Positions 1 to 11,397 of a DNA stretch of 64,000 nt are shown piece by piece. The notes beneath the pieces are model-generated. The model searched no databases. It was given only the letters and a program-made list of their open reading frames with translations, and was not told where the DNA came from. The stretch is from the NCBI GenBank assembly GCA_963758635.1, contig CAVWWD010000008.1, forward strand, positions 1,216,001 to 1,280,000, written 5' to 3'. Position 1 is the stretch's first letter; every line of letters starts with the position of its first letter. A program made the position numbers and the translations under genes. This DNA is from an uncultured Candidatus Rokubacteria bacterium. GTDB taxonomy: Bacteria; Methylomirabilota; Methylomirabilia; Rokubacteriales; CSP1-6.

Positions 1-242
1 TGACCCCGATGTTGCGCGACGTTGCGCGCGGTCGTTCGCGGCAACAGCGGGCGGACGGGAGGCGGTGGGGCGGCACCCGGGGTCGCGGGGCCCTTCCCCT
101 CCTTCTGGCGACGGAGATCGCGCGCCCGGATGGAGCCCCGCCGCAACCGGGCAGCGGACGCGTGCGACGTGGTTCCGCGACCCCGGGTGCCGCCCCGCCG
201 CCATTCCCTCGCGCGCCGGGCGGCGATCGGCACTGAAGCCTG

Positions 243-271
243 TTGAAGTGCCGCGGGCCGTCTGCTACCGT
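243..271 (+). promoter_or_regulatory. sigma-70-type promoter of cobalamin operon
   Basis: TTGAAG (243-248), 17 nt spacer, TACCGT (266-271) with extended TG, just upstream of the riboswitch. Confidence 0.5.
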
Positions 272-287
272 CACGCGCGGAGCCTTT

Positions 288-444
288 GCCACCCGGGGTG
301 CAGGGAAGGCGGTGCGAATCCGCCGCGACCCCGTCACTGTGATCGGGGACGAAACCCACGGTCGAGCCACTGGCCCGCGGGACGCGGGCCGGGAAGGCGT
401 GGGGAGTAGGACGATCCGAGAGCCAGGAGACCGACCCGGGCGGC
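288..444 (+). ncRNA. cobalamin (B12) riboswitch
   Basis: AGGGAAggcGGTG...CCGTCACTGT...GCCACTG...GGGAAGG...GAGCCAGGAGACC (B12 box); closing helix CCCGGG/CCCGGG; downstream hairpin (458-476) covers GGAGG; upstream of cobU. Confidence 0.92.
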
Positions 445-505
445 TGCCGTCCACGCAGGGTCTCGAGGGAGGACCCGGACGATCGATCGCCACCAGTCTC
501 ACTTC

Positions 506-1051
506 TTGCTGGGCGGAGCGCGGAGCGGCAAGAGCCGCCACGCCGTCGCCCTCGCGCGCGCCGCCGGGCGCCCCACCGCGTTCGTCGCCACCGCGGAAGC
601 CTTCGACGACGGCATGCGCGCGCGCATCGCGCGCCATCGCGCGGAGCGCCCGGCCGAGTGGCTCACCGTGGAGGAGCCGCTCGCGCTGCCCGCCGCGTGC
701 CGCGCGATCCCCGCCGCCATCGACCTGGTCGTGATCGACTGCCTCACCGTCTGGGTCGGCAACCGCATCCTCCGCGCCGGCGCCGACGATGCCATCCTTG
801 CCGGCGCCGAGGAGCTGGCCGGACTGCTCGCCGAGCGCCGTCGCTCCTGGGTGATCGTCTCCAACGAGGTCGGGGAGGGCGTGCACCCACCCACCGCCGA
901 CGGCATGCGCTTCCGCGACGTCCTCGGCCTCGTGAACCAGCGGATCGCCGCCGTCGCCGACCGCGTGACGCTCATGGTGGCGGGACTGCCTCTGGTCGTG
1001 AAGGACGGCCGCGACGCGGCCGTGGACCCCCGTGCTCCGCGCGCTCGTTGA
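506..1051 (+). CDS. cobU: bifunctional adenosylcobinamide kinase / cobinamide-phosphate guanylyltransferase
   Basis: GGARSGKS P-loop, RIARHRAER, IDCLTVW, SNEVGEG, FRDVLG motifs; exact start uncertain. Confidence 0.92.
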   Translation: MLGGARSGKSRHAVALARAAGRPTAFVATAEAFDDGMRARIARHRAERPAEWLTVEEPLALPAACRAIPAAIDLVVIDCLTVWVGNRILRAGADDAILAGAEELAGLLAERRRSWVIVSNEVGEGVHPPTADGMRFRDVLGLVNQRIAAVADRVTLMVAGLPLVVKDGRDAAVDPRAPRAR

Positions 1052-2087
1052 CGCCATCGTCGCGCCCGACCCCGCGGTGGGCCGGGAGGCCCAGGCGCGG
1101 CTCGACGCGCTGACCAAGCCGCCCGGGAGCCTCGGCCGCCTGGAGGAGCTGGCCCGCGCCATCGCCGACGATGACGGGCCGCTGCCCGCCCGAGATACGC
1201 CAGCCGGTGATCGTCACGCTCGCCGCCGACCACGGCGTGGCCGCCGAGGGCGTGAGCGCGTACCCGCAGGTGGTCACCGCGCAGATGATCGAGAACCTCC
1301 TGGCCGGCGGCGCCGCGGTGAACGTGCTCGCGCGCCAGGCGGGCGCCCGCGTCGTGGTCGCCGACCTCGGCGTGGCCAGCCCGGTGGGCGAGCGGCCCGG
1401 TCTCGTGCGCCGCGCGATCGCCCCGGGCACCGGCAACATCGCGCGCGGCCCCGCCATGACGCGCGCCCAGGCGGCACAGGCCGTCGACGATCGGCGCGAC
1501 GCTGGCGGCGGACGAGGTCGCGCGCGGCGCCGACCTCCTCGCCACCGGCGAGATGGGCATCGCGAACACGACCGCGGCCGCCGCGGTGGTCGCCGCGCTC
1601 ACCGGCGCGCCGCCGGAAGCGGTGACGGGGCGCGGCACGGGCATCGACCAGGACCGCTGGCGTCTCGAAGGTGGACGTGGTCGCGCGCGCGCTCGCCGTG
1701 AACCGGCCGGATCCCGCCGATCCCCTCGGCGTGCTCGCGCGCGTGGGCGGCTTCGAGATCGCGGGCCTGGCCGGCGTCGTCCTGGGCGGCGCCGCGCGGC
1801 GCGTGCCGGTGGTGCTGGACGGGTTCATCGCCGGCGCGGCGGCCCTCGCCGCCGTGCGCCTCGCGCCCGAGGCGCGGCACTACCTGATCGCCGCGCACCG
1901 CTCGGTCGAGCCGGGGCACGCGATCGTGCTCGAGGCCCTCGGGCTCACGCCGTACCTCGACCTCGAGATGCGGCTGGGCGAGGGGACGGGCGCCGCGCTC
2001 GCGATCGGCCTGGCCCGCGCCGCCTGCGCCGTCATGGCCGAGATGGCCACGTTCAAGTCCGCGGGCGTGTCGGAGCGCCAGCCGTGA
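1032..2087 (+). CDS. cobT: nicotinate-nucleotide--dimethylbenzimidazole phosphoribosyltransferase (frameshifted)
   Basis: [53 protein letters not shown] across several frames. Confidence 0.92.
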
Positions 2088-2988
2088 CGAGGCGCGCGCT
2101 CGCCGTCCTGGTCGGGGCGTGGCTCGCGCTGGCCGCCGGCGCCGCGGGCGCGTTCACCCTGGCGGATCAGACCGGGCGGACGCTCGACGCTCCCCGAGCC
2201 GCCGCGCCGCATCGTGTCGCTGGTGCCGAGCGTCACCGAGATCCTGTTCGCGATCGGCGCCCAGGACCGCCTGGTCGCGGTCACCGACTTCTGCGACTTC
2301 CCGGCGGAGGCGCGGTGGAAGCCGCGCGTGGGCGGCATGGTCTCGCCGAGCCTCGAGACGATCGCCGCGCTCCGGCCGGACGTGGTGGTGGTGACGCCGG
2401 CGGGCAACCGCGAAGAGACGCTGGCCCAGCTCGGGCGGCTGCGCATCCCCGTGTTCGCCGTGAACGCCGAGAGCGTGCGCGAGGTGCTGGACCTGGTCGA
2501 CCGGCTCGGCCGGCTCGCCGGACGCGTGGCCGAGGCCGACGCGCTCGCCGAGCGCCTCCGCGCGCGCGTGCGCCAGGTGAGCGATCGCGTGGCGCCGCTC
2601 GCCCGGCCCCGCGTGCTCTACGTGCTCTGGCCCGAGCCCCTGATCGTGCCCGGGCGCGGCGCGCTGGTCACGGAGCTGATCGAGCTGGCGGGCGGCCGCT
2701 CGGTGACCGCCGGCGCCGCGTCCGGCTACCCGCGCTACAGCACGGAGGCCGCGGTGGCCCAGGCGCCGGAGGTCATCGTGCTGGCGCGCCACGGCCAGCC
2801 AGAGCATGCCGACGAGCGGCGACGCGTGGCGGCGGTTCACGGCGCTCCCCGCCATCCGCGGCCGCCGGCTCCACACGGTGGACGGCGACGTGTTCCACCG
2901 CTACGGGCCGCGCGTGGTCGACGGGCTCGAGCAGCTCGCGCGCATGCTCCACCCCGAGGCCTACCCGAAGGCGGGCGAGCGACGATGA
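2084..2988 (+). CDS. btuF: cobalamin ABC transporter substrate-binding protein (frameshifted)
   Basis: signal peptide; [37 protein letters not shown]-terminal [14 protein letters not shown] in another frame. Confidence 0.85.
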
Positions 2989-4001
2989 CGCTCCGCATGC
3001 GGCTCGCCGTCACGCTCGCGCTCTCCGGCGCGCTGCTCGCCGCCGTGGCCGGCGCCGCGCTCCTCGTGGGCGCGGTGCACGTGCCGCCCGCCGCCGTGCT
3101 GGCGCTCCTGGCCGGTGGAGCCGGCGACGGGGTGGACCGCGACGTGATCCTGAGCCTCCGCCTGCCCCGCATCGCCGTGGCCGCGCTGGCCGGGGGCGCG
3201 CTCGCCGTGGCGGGCGCGGCGCTCCAGGGCCTGACGCGCAACCCGCTGGCCGAGCCGTCCGTGCTCGGCGTGTCCGGCGGCGCGGCCTTCGGCGTGGTGC
3301 TGGGCCAGCTCTTCGGCCTCGGCGGGGGCGTGGCCGAGTCGCTCGGCCTGGCCTCGTTCGCCTTCGCGGGCGCGTTCGTGGCGGGGGGCATCGTGTACCT
3401 GATCGCCCAGGGCACGGCGGGCATGCCCGTGCACGCGCTGCTGCTGGCCGGCGTGGTCGTCGGCATCTTCTTCGGCTCGGCGATCACGGTGCTGATCTCC
3501 GTGGTCGACGTGAATCGCCTCGGCGGCGTCATCCACTGGCTGCTCGGCAACATCGCGCCGGCCTCCGCCGGCTCGCTCGCCGTCTTCGCGGGGCTCGCCG
3601 GCCTCGGCGTGGGGCTGACCGTGGCCGACGCGCGGCGGCTCAACCTGCTCGCCCTGGGCGACGAGGCGGCGGCGCTGCTGGGCGTGGACGCGCTCGCGCT
3701 CAAGCGCCGGCTCTTCGTGGCCGCGGCGCTCCTCGTGGCCGCGGTGGTCGCCTTCGCGGGGCCGATCGCCTTCGTCGGGCTCATCGTGCCCCACTGCCTG
3801 CGCGCCCTCGTGGGGCCGGACCATCGCGTGCTCGTGCCCGCGGCGCTCCTCGGCGGCGCGGTGTTCCTCCTCGCCGCCGACACGCTGGCCCGCACCGTCG
3901 TGGCGCCGGCGGAGGTGGCGGTGGGCGTGATCACGTCGCTCTGCGGCGCGCCGTTCTTCGTGTACCTGCTCCGCACGCGGCCGTCCGGGGTGCGGCCGTG
4001 A
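2985..4001 (+). CDS. btuC: cobalamin ABC transporter permease (FecCD family)
   Basis: [48 protein letters not shown] overlap with btuF. Confidence 0.9.
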   Translation: MTLRMRLAVTLALSGALLAAVAGAALLVGAVHVPPAAVLALLAGGAGDGVDRDVILSLRLPRIAVAALAGGALAVAGAALQGLTRNPLAEPSVLGVSGGAAFGVVLGQLFGLGGGVAESLGLASFAFAGAFVAGGIVYLIAQGTAGMPVHALLLAGVVVGIFFGSAITVLISVVDVNRLGGVIHWLLGNIAPASAGSLAVFAGLAGLGVGLTVADARRLNLLALGDEAAALLGVDALALKRRLFVAAALLVAAVVAFAGPIAFVGLIVPHCLRALVGPDHRVLVPAALLGGAVFLLAADTLARTVVAPAEVAVGVITSLCGAPFFVYLLRTRPSGVRP

Positions 4002-4853
4002 GCGCGCCGCTCGTCGAGCTGGACGGCGTGCGCTTCGCCTATCCCGCGGCGCGCGGCGCCGCCGCGGGCACGACGCGGAGCTTCGAGATCCGCGACGTGT
4101 GCCTCGAGGTGGCGCCCGGGGAGATCGTCGGCGTGATCGGCCCCAACGGCTCGGGCAAGACCACGCTGGTGCGCCTCCTCGCGGGACTGCTCACGCCCAC
4201 CGCGGGCGTGGTCCGCCTCGAGGGCGAGCCGATGACGCGCCTTCCCCGCGGCGCGCGTGGCCACGCGCGTCGCGGTCGTCGCCCAGGACGGCGTCCCGGG
4301 ATTCCCGTACACGGTGGGCGAGCTGGTCCTGATGGGCCGCTTCCCGCACGGGCCCGGGCGCTTCTTCGAGACCGCGGAGGACGGGGAGGCCGCCGCCCGC
4401 GCGATGGCCCTGGCCGGGGTGGAGGCGCTGGCCGGCGAGCCGCTGGACCGGCTCTCCGGCGGCGAGCGCCAGCGCGCGCACCTGGCGCGGGCGCTCGCCC
4501 AGCGCCCGCGCGTGCTCGTGCTCGACGAGCCCACCGCGCACCTGGACCTCCGCTACCAGGTGGAGTGCGTGGCGCTCCTCCGCCGGCTCCACGCCGACGA
4601 GGGCCTCGCCGTGGTGCTGGTGACGCACGACCTGAGCCTGGCCGGCGAGGTGTGCGAGCGCCTCCTGCTCCTGGACGCGGGGCGGCCGGTGCGGCTCGGC
4701 CCGCCCGCCGCCGTGCTGGAGCGCTCGGTGCTCGAGTCGGTGTACCGCTGCGACGTCGAGGTGTCCGTCCATCCCGCGAGCGGCCGGCCGCGCGTGGCCG
4801 TGGTGTGGCCCTGGGGTCCGCCCGGTGACCGGCCCGCGCGCGAAGGGAGGTGA
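3998..4853 (+). CDS. btuD: cobalamin ABC transporter ATPase (frameshifted)
   Basis: GPNGSGKTT Walker A, LSGGERQR signature, LDEPTAHLD Walker B, VTHDL. Confidence 0.88.
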
Positions 4854-4880
4854 GACCCGCTCCGCATCGCGCATCACTCG

Positions 4881-5068
4881 TCCCGTGATGAAGGGAAGCC
4901 GGTGAGGGCGGATGCGACAGCCGCCCGAGTCCGGCACGGTCCCGCCACTGTGAGTGGGGAGCGCCGCCCGATCCTCGATCCGTCCTGGACCGAGGGGCCA
5001 CTGGCCGCAAGGCCGGGAAGGCCGGGCGTGACGGCGACGATCCACGAGTCAGGAGACCTGTCACGGGA
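4881..5068 (+). ncRNA. second cobalamin riboswitch, upstream of btuB
   Basis: P1 TCCCGTGA/TCACGGGA; AAGGGAAGCCGGTG, CCCGCCACTGT, GCCACTG, GGGAAGG, GAGTCAGGAGACC; hairpin CCTTT..AAAGG overlaps the btuB RBS. Confidence 0.93.
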
Positions 5069-5109
5069 TGCCCGCGACATCACCCTTTCGAGGCAAAAGG
5101 AGTGGTTGC

Positions 5110-7095
5110 ATGCGAGCACTCGCTGTCATCGCCGCCGCCGTCTTCCTGGCCCCGGCCGCCGCGGTCGCCCAGGACGCGCGCCCGGCCGAGCCGAGCACCG
5201 TGACACAGACCATCACACCCGCCGCGCCGGCCGCGGCCGCGCCCGCGCCGGCCACGGGCGCCCCGGCCACGGACGACGTCAAGCGCACGGACCCCGTCGT
5301 GGTGAGCGCGACCCGCGTGGACACGCCGGTCAGCGAGCTCGGCGCCTCGGTGAGCGTCGTCACCGAGGAGGACTTCCGCGTCTACCACTACCCGACGGTG
5401 GACGAGGCGCTCCGCGGCGTGCCCGGCGTGGACATCCGCCGCTCGGGCGGCTTCGGCAAGACCTCGTCGATCTCGATCCGCGGGGCCAACTCGAACCAGG
5501 TCCAGGTCCTGGTCGACGGCGTGCGCGTGAAGAGCCCCACGCTGGGCCAGGTGGACCTGTCCGACATCTCGCCCGACCTCATCGAGCGGATCGAGGTGAT
5601 CCGCGGCCCGCAGTCGACCATCTACGGCGCCGACGCCATGGGCGGCGTCGTGAACATCATCACCAAGCGCGGGCGTGGCGCGCCGTTCTCCGCCACTGTC
5701 GAGCAGGAGATCGGCAACCGCGACACGTTCCGCACGCGCGCCTCGGCGAGCGGGCAATGGAAGATCCTCGACTACGCGGTCTCCGGCTCGCACCTCGAGT
5801 CCAACGGCCAGTTCCAGAACGACGGCACGGACTGGAACGCGCTCAACCTGAACGTGGGCGTGTCGCTGCCCGGCAACACCCGCGTCGGGTTCGTGGCGCG
5901 CTGGAACCGGAACGACACCGACCTGCCCGTGAAGTTCGTGTGCTGCGGCCCGCTGCCCATCGAGCCGCTGATCGACAAGAACGCCCAGCAGCAGAGCGAG
6001 ACCCTGGTCCTGAGCCTGGAGGCGCGCACGAAGCCGGTGGACTGGTGGGAGAGCCGGCTGCGCCTGTCCCGCTACGAGAACAACGTGGGCTTCCAGGACG
6101 ACGTGGACTTCGGCTACGACTTCGACTTCCTGTCGTTCTCGCAGATCAAGGTGGAGCGTCGCGAGGCGGAGTGGGTCAACTCCTTCCACATCGGCCGGTG
6201 GAGCACGAGCACCTTCGGCCTCGAGTACCGCGAGGAGGAGGGGCACAACCGGTCGAACTTCTCGAGCTTCCGCGCCGAGACCGACACCAAGGCCTTCTTC
6301 TTCGAGCAGCAGCTCCGCTTCTTCGAGCGGCTCTTCGTCACCGGCGGCGTGCGCGTGGAGGACCACAGCGCGTTCGGCACGGAGGTGACGGGGCGCGGCG
6401 GCGTCTCGTACCTGATCAAGGCGTGGGGGACGCGGATCCACGGGAGCGCGGGCAACGGCTTCCGGGCCCCGACCATCAACGACCTCTTCTTCCCCGACTT
6501 CTCGAACCCCGACCTCGAGCCCGAGCGGAGCCTGTCCTGGGACGCGGGCGTGGAGCAGCGGTTCTGGAACGACCGCATCCGCCTCGGGCTGGTGTACTTC
6601 TACAACAAGTTCACGAACCTCATCCAGTTCGTGCCGACCGAGACGTTCCCGTTCACCGCCGCCGTCAACGTGGCGCGCGCGCGCACCGAGGGCATCGAGT
6701 TCATCGCCGACGTCGACATCCTCCCGAACCTGGTCGCCTCGGTGAACTACACGTACGTCGACTCCGAGAACCTCGCCGAGGACCGGTGGTTGCGCCGGCA
6801 GCCGCAGCACCGGTGGAACGTGCGGCTCACGTGGGAGCCCATCCCGCGCCTGAACCTGTGGGCGGCCGTGCACACGGCCTCGCGCCAGTTCGAGAGCGAG
6901 GAGGTCGGCTACAACCGCGGCCACACCCGCGTGGACATGGGCGGGACCTACCGCGTGGTCGACCGGTACGGCGTGCTGCAGGCGCTCGAGCTGACGGCGC
7001 TGGTGCAGAACCTCCTCGACGAGGGCTACGCCGAGGTGCGAGGCTTCCCCGCGCTGGGGATCACCGCCCTGGTCGGGCTCCGGGCGCGCTTCTGA
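5110..7095 (+). CDS. btuB: TonB-dependent outer-membrane cobalamin receptor
   Basis: signal peptide, TonB box DPVVVSATR, plug IERIEVIRGPQSTIYGADAMGGVVNIITK, C-terminal Phe; riboswitch context. Confidence 0.9.
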   Translation: MRALAVIAAAVFLAPAAAVAQDARPAEPSTVTQTITPAAPAAAAPAPATGAPATDDVKRTDPVVVSATRVDTPVSELGASVSVVTEEDFRVYHYPTVDEALRGVPGVDIRRSGGFGKTSSISIRGANSNQVQVLVDGVRVKSPTLGQVDLSDISPDLIERIEVIRGPQSTIYGADAMGGVVNIITKRGRGAPFSATVEQEIGNRDTFRTRASASGQWKILDYAVSGSHLESNGQFQNDGTDWNALNLNVGVSLPGNTRVGFVARWNRNDTDLPVKFVCCGPLPIEPLIDKNAQQQSETLVLSLEARTKPVDWWESRLRLSRYENNVGFQDDVDFGYDFDFLSFSQIKVERREAEWVNSFHIGRWSTSTFGLEYREEEGHNRSNFSSFRAETDTKAFFFEQQLRFFERLFVTGGVRVEDHSAFGTEVTGRGGVSYLIKAWGTRIHGSAGNGFRAPTINDLFFPDFSNPDLEPERSLSWDAGVEQRFWNDRIRLGLVYFYNKFTNLIQFVPTETFPFTAAVNVARARTEGIEFIADVDILPNLVASVNYTYVDSENLAEDRWLRRQPQHRWNVRLTWEPIPRLNLWAAVHTASRQFESEEVGYNRGHTRVDMGGTYRVVDRYGVLQALELTALVQNLLDEGYAEVRGFPALGITALVGLRARF

Positions 7096-7136
7096 GCCGG
7101 CCATGCTCCTGATCCGGCGCTGCTGAGCCGGGCGCG

Positions 7137-7785
7137 ATGATCGACGGCCTCCGCGTGGAGATCGGCCCTCGGGCGCTGGTGGTGACGAGCGAGTCGCCGC
7201 TGCGAGGCGCTGTCGTCGGCCGTCTTCCGCGGAGGCCTCGTCACCGCCCGCTCGATCGTGAACGTGCACGTGAACGGCGACGACTGCGTGGACCCCGAGG
7301 CGGCGCTCGCCGCCTACCTCCGCGACGCGCGCCTGCCCGCGCCGTGCGTGGGCCTCCTCACGGGGGCGCGCACCGAGCGCGCCACGGTGGGCGAGGCGGC
7401 GGCCCATGGCTATCACGCGCTGGCCGCGGTGACGGTGGGGCTCGGCAACCGCATCGCCGCGGGGGCGAGCCCGGTCGCCCGCTGGTCTCCCTCGACGATC
7501 AACACCATCGTGGTCGTGGACGCGGCGCCCGAGCCCGCCGCCCTCGTCAACGCCGTCATCACGGTCACCGAGGTCAAGGCGCTCGCGCTGCGCGCCGCGG
7601 GCCTCGCCACCGCGGACGGCCCCGCGTCGGGCACCTCCACGGACGCGGTGGTGATCGCGGCCACCGGACGCGGGCGCCCCGGGCGCTTCGGCGGGCCGGT
7701 GAGCGAGCTCGGGTGGGTGATCGCGCAGGCCGCGCGCCAGGCGCTGACCGCCGGCATCGGCGCGTGGGTGGAGGAGCGCCGGTGA
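7137..7785 (+). CDS. cbiZ: adenosylcobinamide amidohydrolase (frameshift near 5' end)
   Basis: VGLLTGA, TVGLGN, TINTIV, NAVITVTEVK, ASGTSTDAVV, GGPVSELG motifs. Confidence 0.85.
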
Positions 7786-8613
7786 CGGGCACGGTGCGCG
7801 CCGCCATCGCGGTGCTGGCGTCCACCGGCGCGCACCTGGCACTGGCCGGCAGCCTGGTCGCGCTGTCACGCGCCGGCGGCCTGCCCTCGATCTTCGTGGA
7901 CCTCTCGGAGCCCGCGCACGAGGCGCCCGCGCCGAGCGCGCCGGCGCGCGTCGCGCCACCCGTCGCGGCGCGACGTGCCGCGTGCCGCGCGCGCCCCCGC
8001 TCCGCCGGCGGCCGCGCCTGCACCCGCCGTCGCGCCGGCGGCTCCGGCTGCGTCTCCGCCCGTGCCCGCGGAGCCGAGGCGCGAGCCCGCCCCCACGGCG
8101 ATCGAGGCGCCCGCCGCCGCGCCGAGCGCTCCGGCGCCGGCGGTGGCGCTCCCCGTGGTCCCCGGTCCCGCGCAGGAGTCCGCCGGCGCCCTCACGGGCG
8201 CCTCCGCGACGGCCGGCCCGCCCGCGGGGACCGGCTCCGGCACGCGCGGGGGAGGAGAGCCGTCGACGGCGAGCGGTCCGGCCACGGCGGTCGCCCGGCC
8301 CGGCGAGTCGCGCGCCGGCGCGCCGCCCGAGTACGCGGGCTACCTCGCGCGCTTCCATCAGCGCGTGCAGTCCACGCTCACGTACCCGATGGCCGCGCGG
8401 CGGCGCGGCCTCGCGGGCGTCGTCGAGCTCGAGGTCTCGATCGACGCGCAGGGCCGCGTCCGCGACGTGCGCGTGTCGGCGTCCTCCTCGCACGCGATCC
8501 TCGACGAGGCGGCGGCGGACGCCGTGCGCCGGCTGCCGCCGATGCCGTTTCCGCCGAGCCTCCCCCCGCGCGCGCTGACCGTCCGCCTGCCGCTCGTCTT
8601 CGTGCTCCAGTGA
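7782..8613 (+). CDS. tonB: energy transducer TonB (frameshifted)
   Basis: N-terminal TM helix with SxxxH, Pro/Ala-rich linker, YPMAARRRGLAG and SSSHAILDEAA TonB C-terminal domain. Confidence 0.85.
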
Positions 8614-8692
8614 CTCGGCGAACGCCGGGCGCTCGCCCCATGGTGAGTCGTTGGCGCGAGGTGCGGGCGGGCGAAGCCCGGGCGCCCGCACC

Positions 8693-9609
8693 ATGGTGAC
8701 CGCGCTGCTGCTCGCCGTGGCGCTCGACCTGCGCGCTCGGCGAGCCGCCGAACGCCGTCCATCCCGTGGCCTGGATCGGCCGCCTCATCGCGCTCGGCCG
8801 GCGTCTCGCGGGAACGGGGCCGCCGACCGCGCTGCTCGCGGCGGGCGCCGCTCGTGGTCGCGGTCACGGCGGCCACCGCGGCGCTGGGCGCGGCGGCGGT
8901 GACGCACCTGACCGCGTCGTGGGGATGGGCGGGCGTGATCGTGGAGGCGGCGCTCCTCAAGTGCGCCTTCTCGCTCCGCGCCCTGCGCGCCGCCGCCGAG
9001 GAGGTGAGGGGAGCGCTCGCCGCGGACGACCTCGACGGCGCGCGCCACGCGCTCGGCCGCCACCTCGTGAGCCGGCCCACCGGCGGGCTCGACGCCGCCG
9101 GCGTCGCGTCGGGCGCGGTGGAGTCGGTGGCGGAGAACCTGACCGACAGCTGGATGGCGCCGCTCCTGCTCTACCTGGTGGCCGGCCTGCCCGGCGCGTG
9201 GGCGTACCGCGCGGTGAACACCGCCGACGCCATGATCGGCTATCGCGACGGCGTCCTCCTGCACCTCGGAAAGACCGCGGCCCGCGCGGACGACGTGCTG
9301 AACTGGCTGCCCGCCCGCGCCGCCGCCCTCTCGATCGTGGCCGCGGCGTGGCTCGCCGGCGAGTCGCCCTCGGGCGCGTGGCGCGCGATGCGCCGGGACG
9401 GGCCGAGCACGGCGAGCCCGAACGCGGGCCGCACGATGGCGGCGATGGCGGGCGCCCTCGGGGTCGTCCTCGCGAAGCCCGGCCACTACCGGCTCGGGGA
9501 CGGCCGAGAGCCCGACGCGGAGGCGATCCGGCGCGCCGTGCGCGTGGCCGCGATCGCGGCCGCGCTCGGCCTCGGCGCGGCCCTCGCCGCGCTCGCCGCC
9601 TCGTCGTAG
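8693..9609 (+). CDS. cbiB: adenosylcobinamide-phosphate synthase (frameshifts near 5' end)
   Basis: GEPPNAVHPVAWIG, LVSR, ESVAENLTD, YRAVNTADAMIGY, ARADDVLNWLPAR, SPNAG. Confidence 0.9.
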
Positions 9610-9723
9610 CCGCGCCGCGCGCCGAGGTTTTTGCTTCGCCGCCTTCAGCCCGCGGCGTATGATGTTTCGACGCCGCCATCGTGCGGCGATTTTTGTCTCA
9701 GGAAGGGCCGGGCCCGTCGAGCA

Positions 9724-11384
9724 GTGAACGTCACCGATCTCCTGTCAGGCGCCGTGCGCCAGGCGCTGGACGCCGCCGGCCTCCCCGTGCCGGACGAGGT
9801 CGCGTGGGAGATCCCGCGCGAGGCCCACCACGGCGACTACGCGACGAACGTGGCGATGACGCTGGCGCGCACGGCGCGGCGGCCGCCGCGCCAGGTCGCG
9901 GAGGCCATCGTCGCCCGCTTCCCCTCCACGGGCGTCGTCGAGCGGCTGGAGGTGGCGGGGCCCGGGTTCCTCAACGTGTTCCTCGCCGCCGCGTGGTGCG
10001 CGACCGCGCTCCGCGACGTGCTGCGCGCGGGCGACGCATACGGCCGCCGGCCGGCCGACGCCCGGCGCTACCGGATCGAGTTCGTCTCCGCCAACCCGAC
10101 CGGCCCGCTCGTGATCGTCAACGCACGGGCCGCCGCCGTCGGCGACGCGCTCGCGCGCATCCTGCGCTCACAGGGCGGCGACGTTGTGAGCGAGTACTAC
10201 GTCAACGACGCGGGCAACCAGTTCCTGGCCCTCGCCGCGTCGATGGAAACCCGGGTCCGACAGGCCCTCGGGCAGGACGCGGCGCTGCCCGACAACGGCT
10301 ACCCCGGCGAGTACCTGGTGGACCTCGCGCGCGAGTGGCTCGCCACGGACCGCGCCGCCGCCGAGGCCGCGCTGGCCCTGCCCGAGGAGGAGCGCCGCCG
10401 GCGCTTCGGCTGGTATGCCGTGCACGCCCTGGTGGCGGGGCAGCGGAAGGTCCTCGAGGACTACGGCACGGTGTTCCACCAGTGGTCGCACGAGGAGGCC
10501 GACGTGCGGGCCAAGGGCCTGCCCGAGCGCGCGACGGCCGAGCTGACTCGCCGCGGCCACACCTACGAGGACGCCGGCGCGCTCTGGTTCCGCTCGACGG
10601 CGTTCGGCGACGACAAGGACCGCGTGCTCCGGAAGTCCGACGGCGAGCTGACCTACTTCGGCGTGGACGTGGGCTTCCACCACCTGTCGAAGTTCGACGG
10701 CGCCGACGTCGTGATCAACATCCTGGGCCCCGACCACCACGGCTACATCGGGCGGATGAAGGCCGCGATGCGGGCGCTCGGGCACCCGGACGAAGCGTTC
10801 GACGTGCTCATCGTCCAGCTCGTCACGCTTCTCCGCGACGGCCAGCCCGTGCGCATGTCCAAGCGGCGGGGCGAGTTCGTCCTGATGGACGAGCTGCTGG
10901 AAGAGGTCGGGCGCGACGCGGCCCGCTTCACGTTCCTCACGCGGCGCCACGACAGCCCGCTCGAGTTCGACCTGGCGCTGGCCACGCGCCAGTCCTCCGA
11001 CAACCCGGTCTACTACGTGCAGTACGCGCACGCGCGCGTGTCGAGCCTCCTGCGAAACGCGGCCGAGCAGGGCCTGGCCGCGCCGTCCGCTGGGACGACG
11101 TCCCGTTCGAGCGCCTCGATCTGCCCGAGGAGCAAGGGCTCATCAAGCGCCTGCTCCAGTACCCCGGCCTCGTGGCGGGCGCGGCGCGCGCTCGCGAGCC
11201 CCATCGGGTGGCCTATTCCCTCACCGAGCTGGCGGGGGCGTTCCACCCCTACTACAAGGCGCACCGGGTGATCGGAACGGACCGGGACCTCTCGCTCGCC
11301 CGGCTCGGGCTCTGCGTGGGGGTGGCGCAGGTGGTGCGGAGCGGCCTCGGCCTCCTCGGCGTCTCGGCCCCGGAGAGCATGTGA
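9724..11384 (+). CDS. argS: arginine--tRNA ligase (frameshift near 11090)
   Basis: HGDYATNVAM, VAGPGFLN, EFVSANPTGPL, MSKRRG, NPVYYVQYAHAR, C-terminal GVSAPESM. Confidence 0.96.
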
Positions 11385-11397
11385 GCCCGGACACCGG

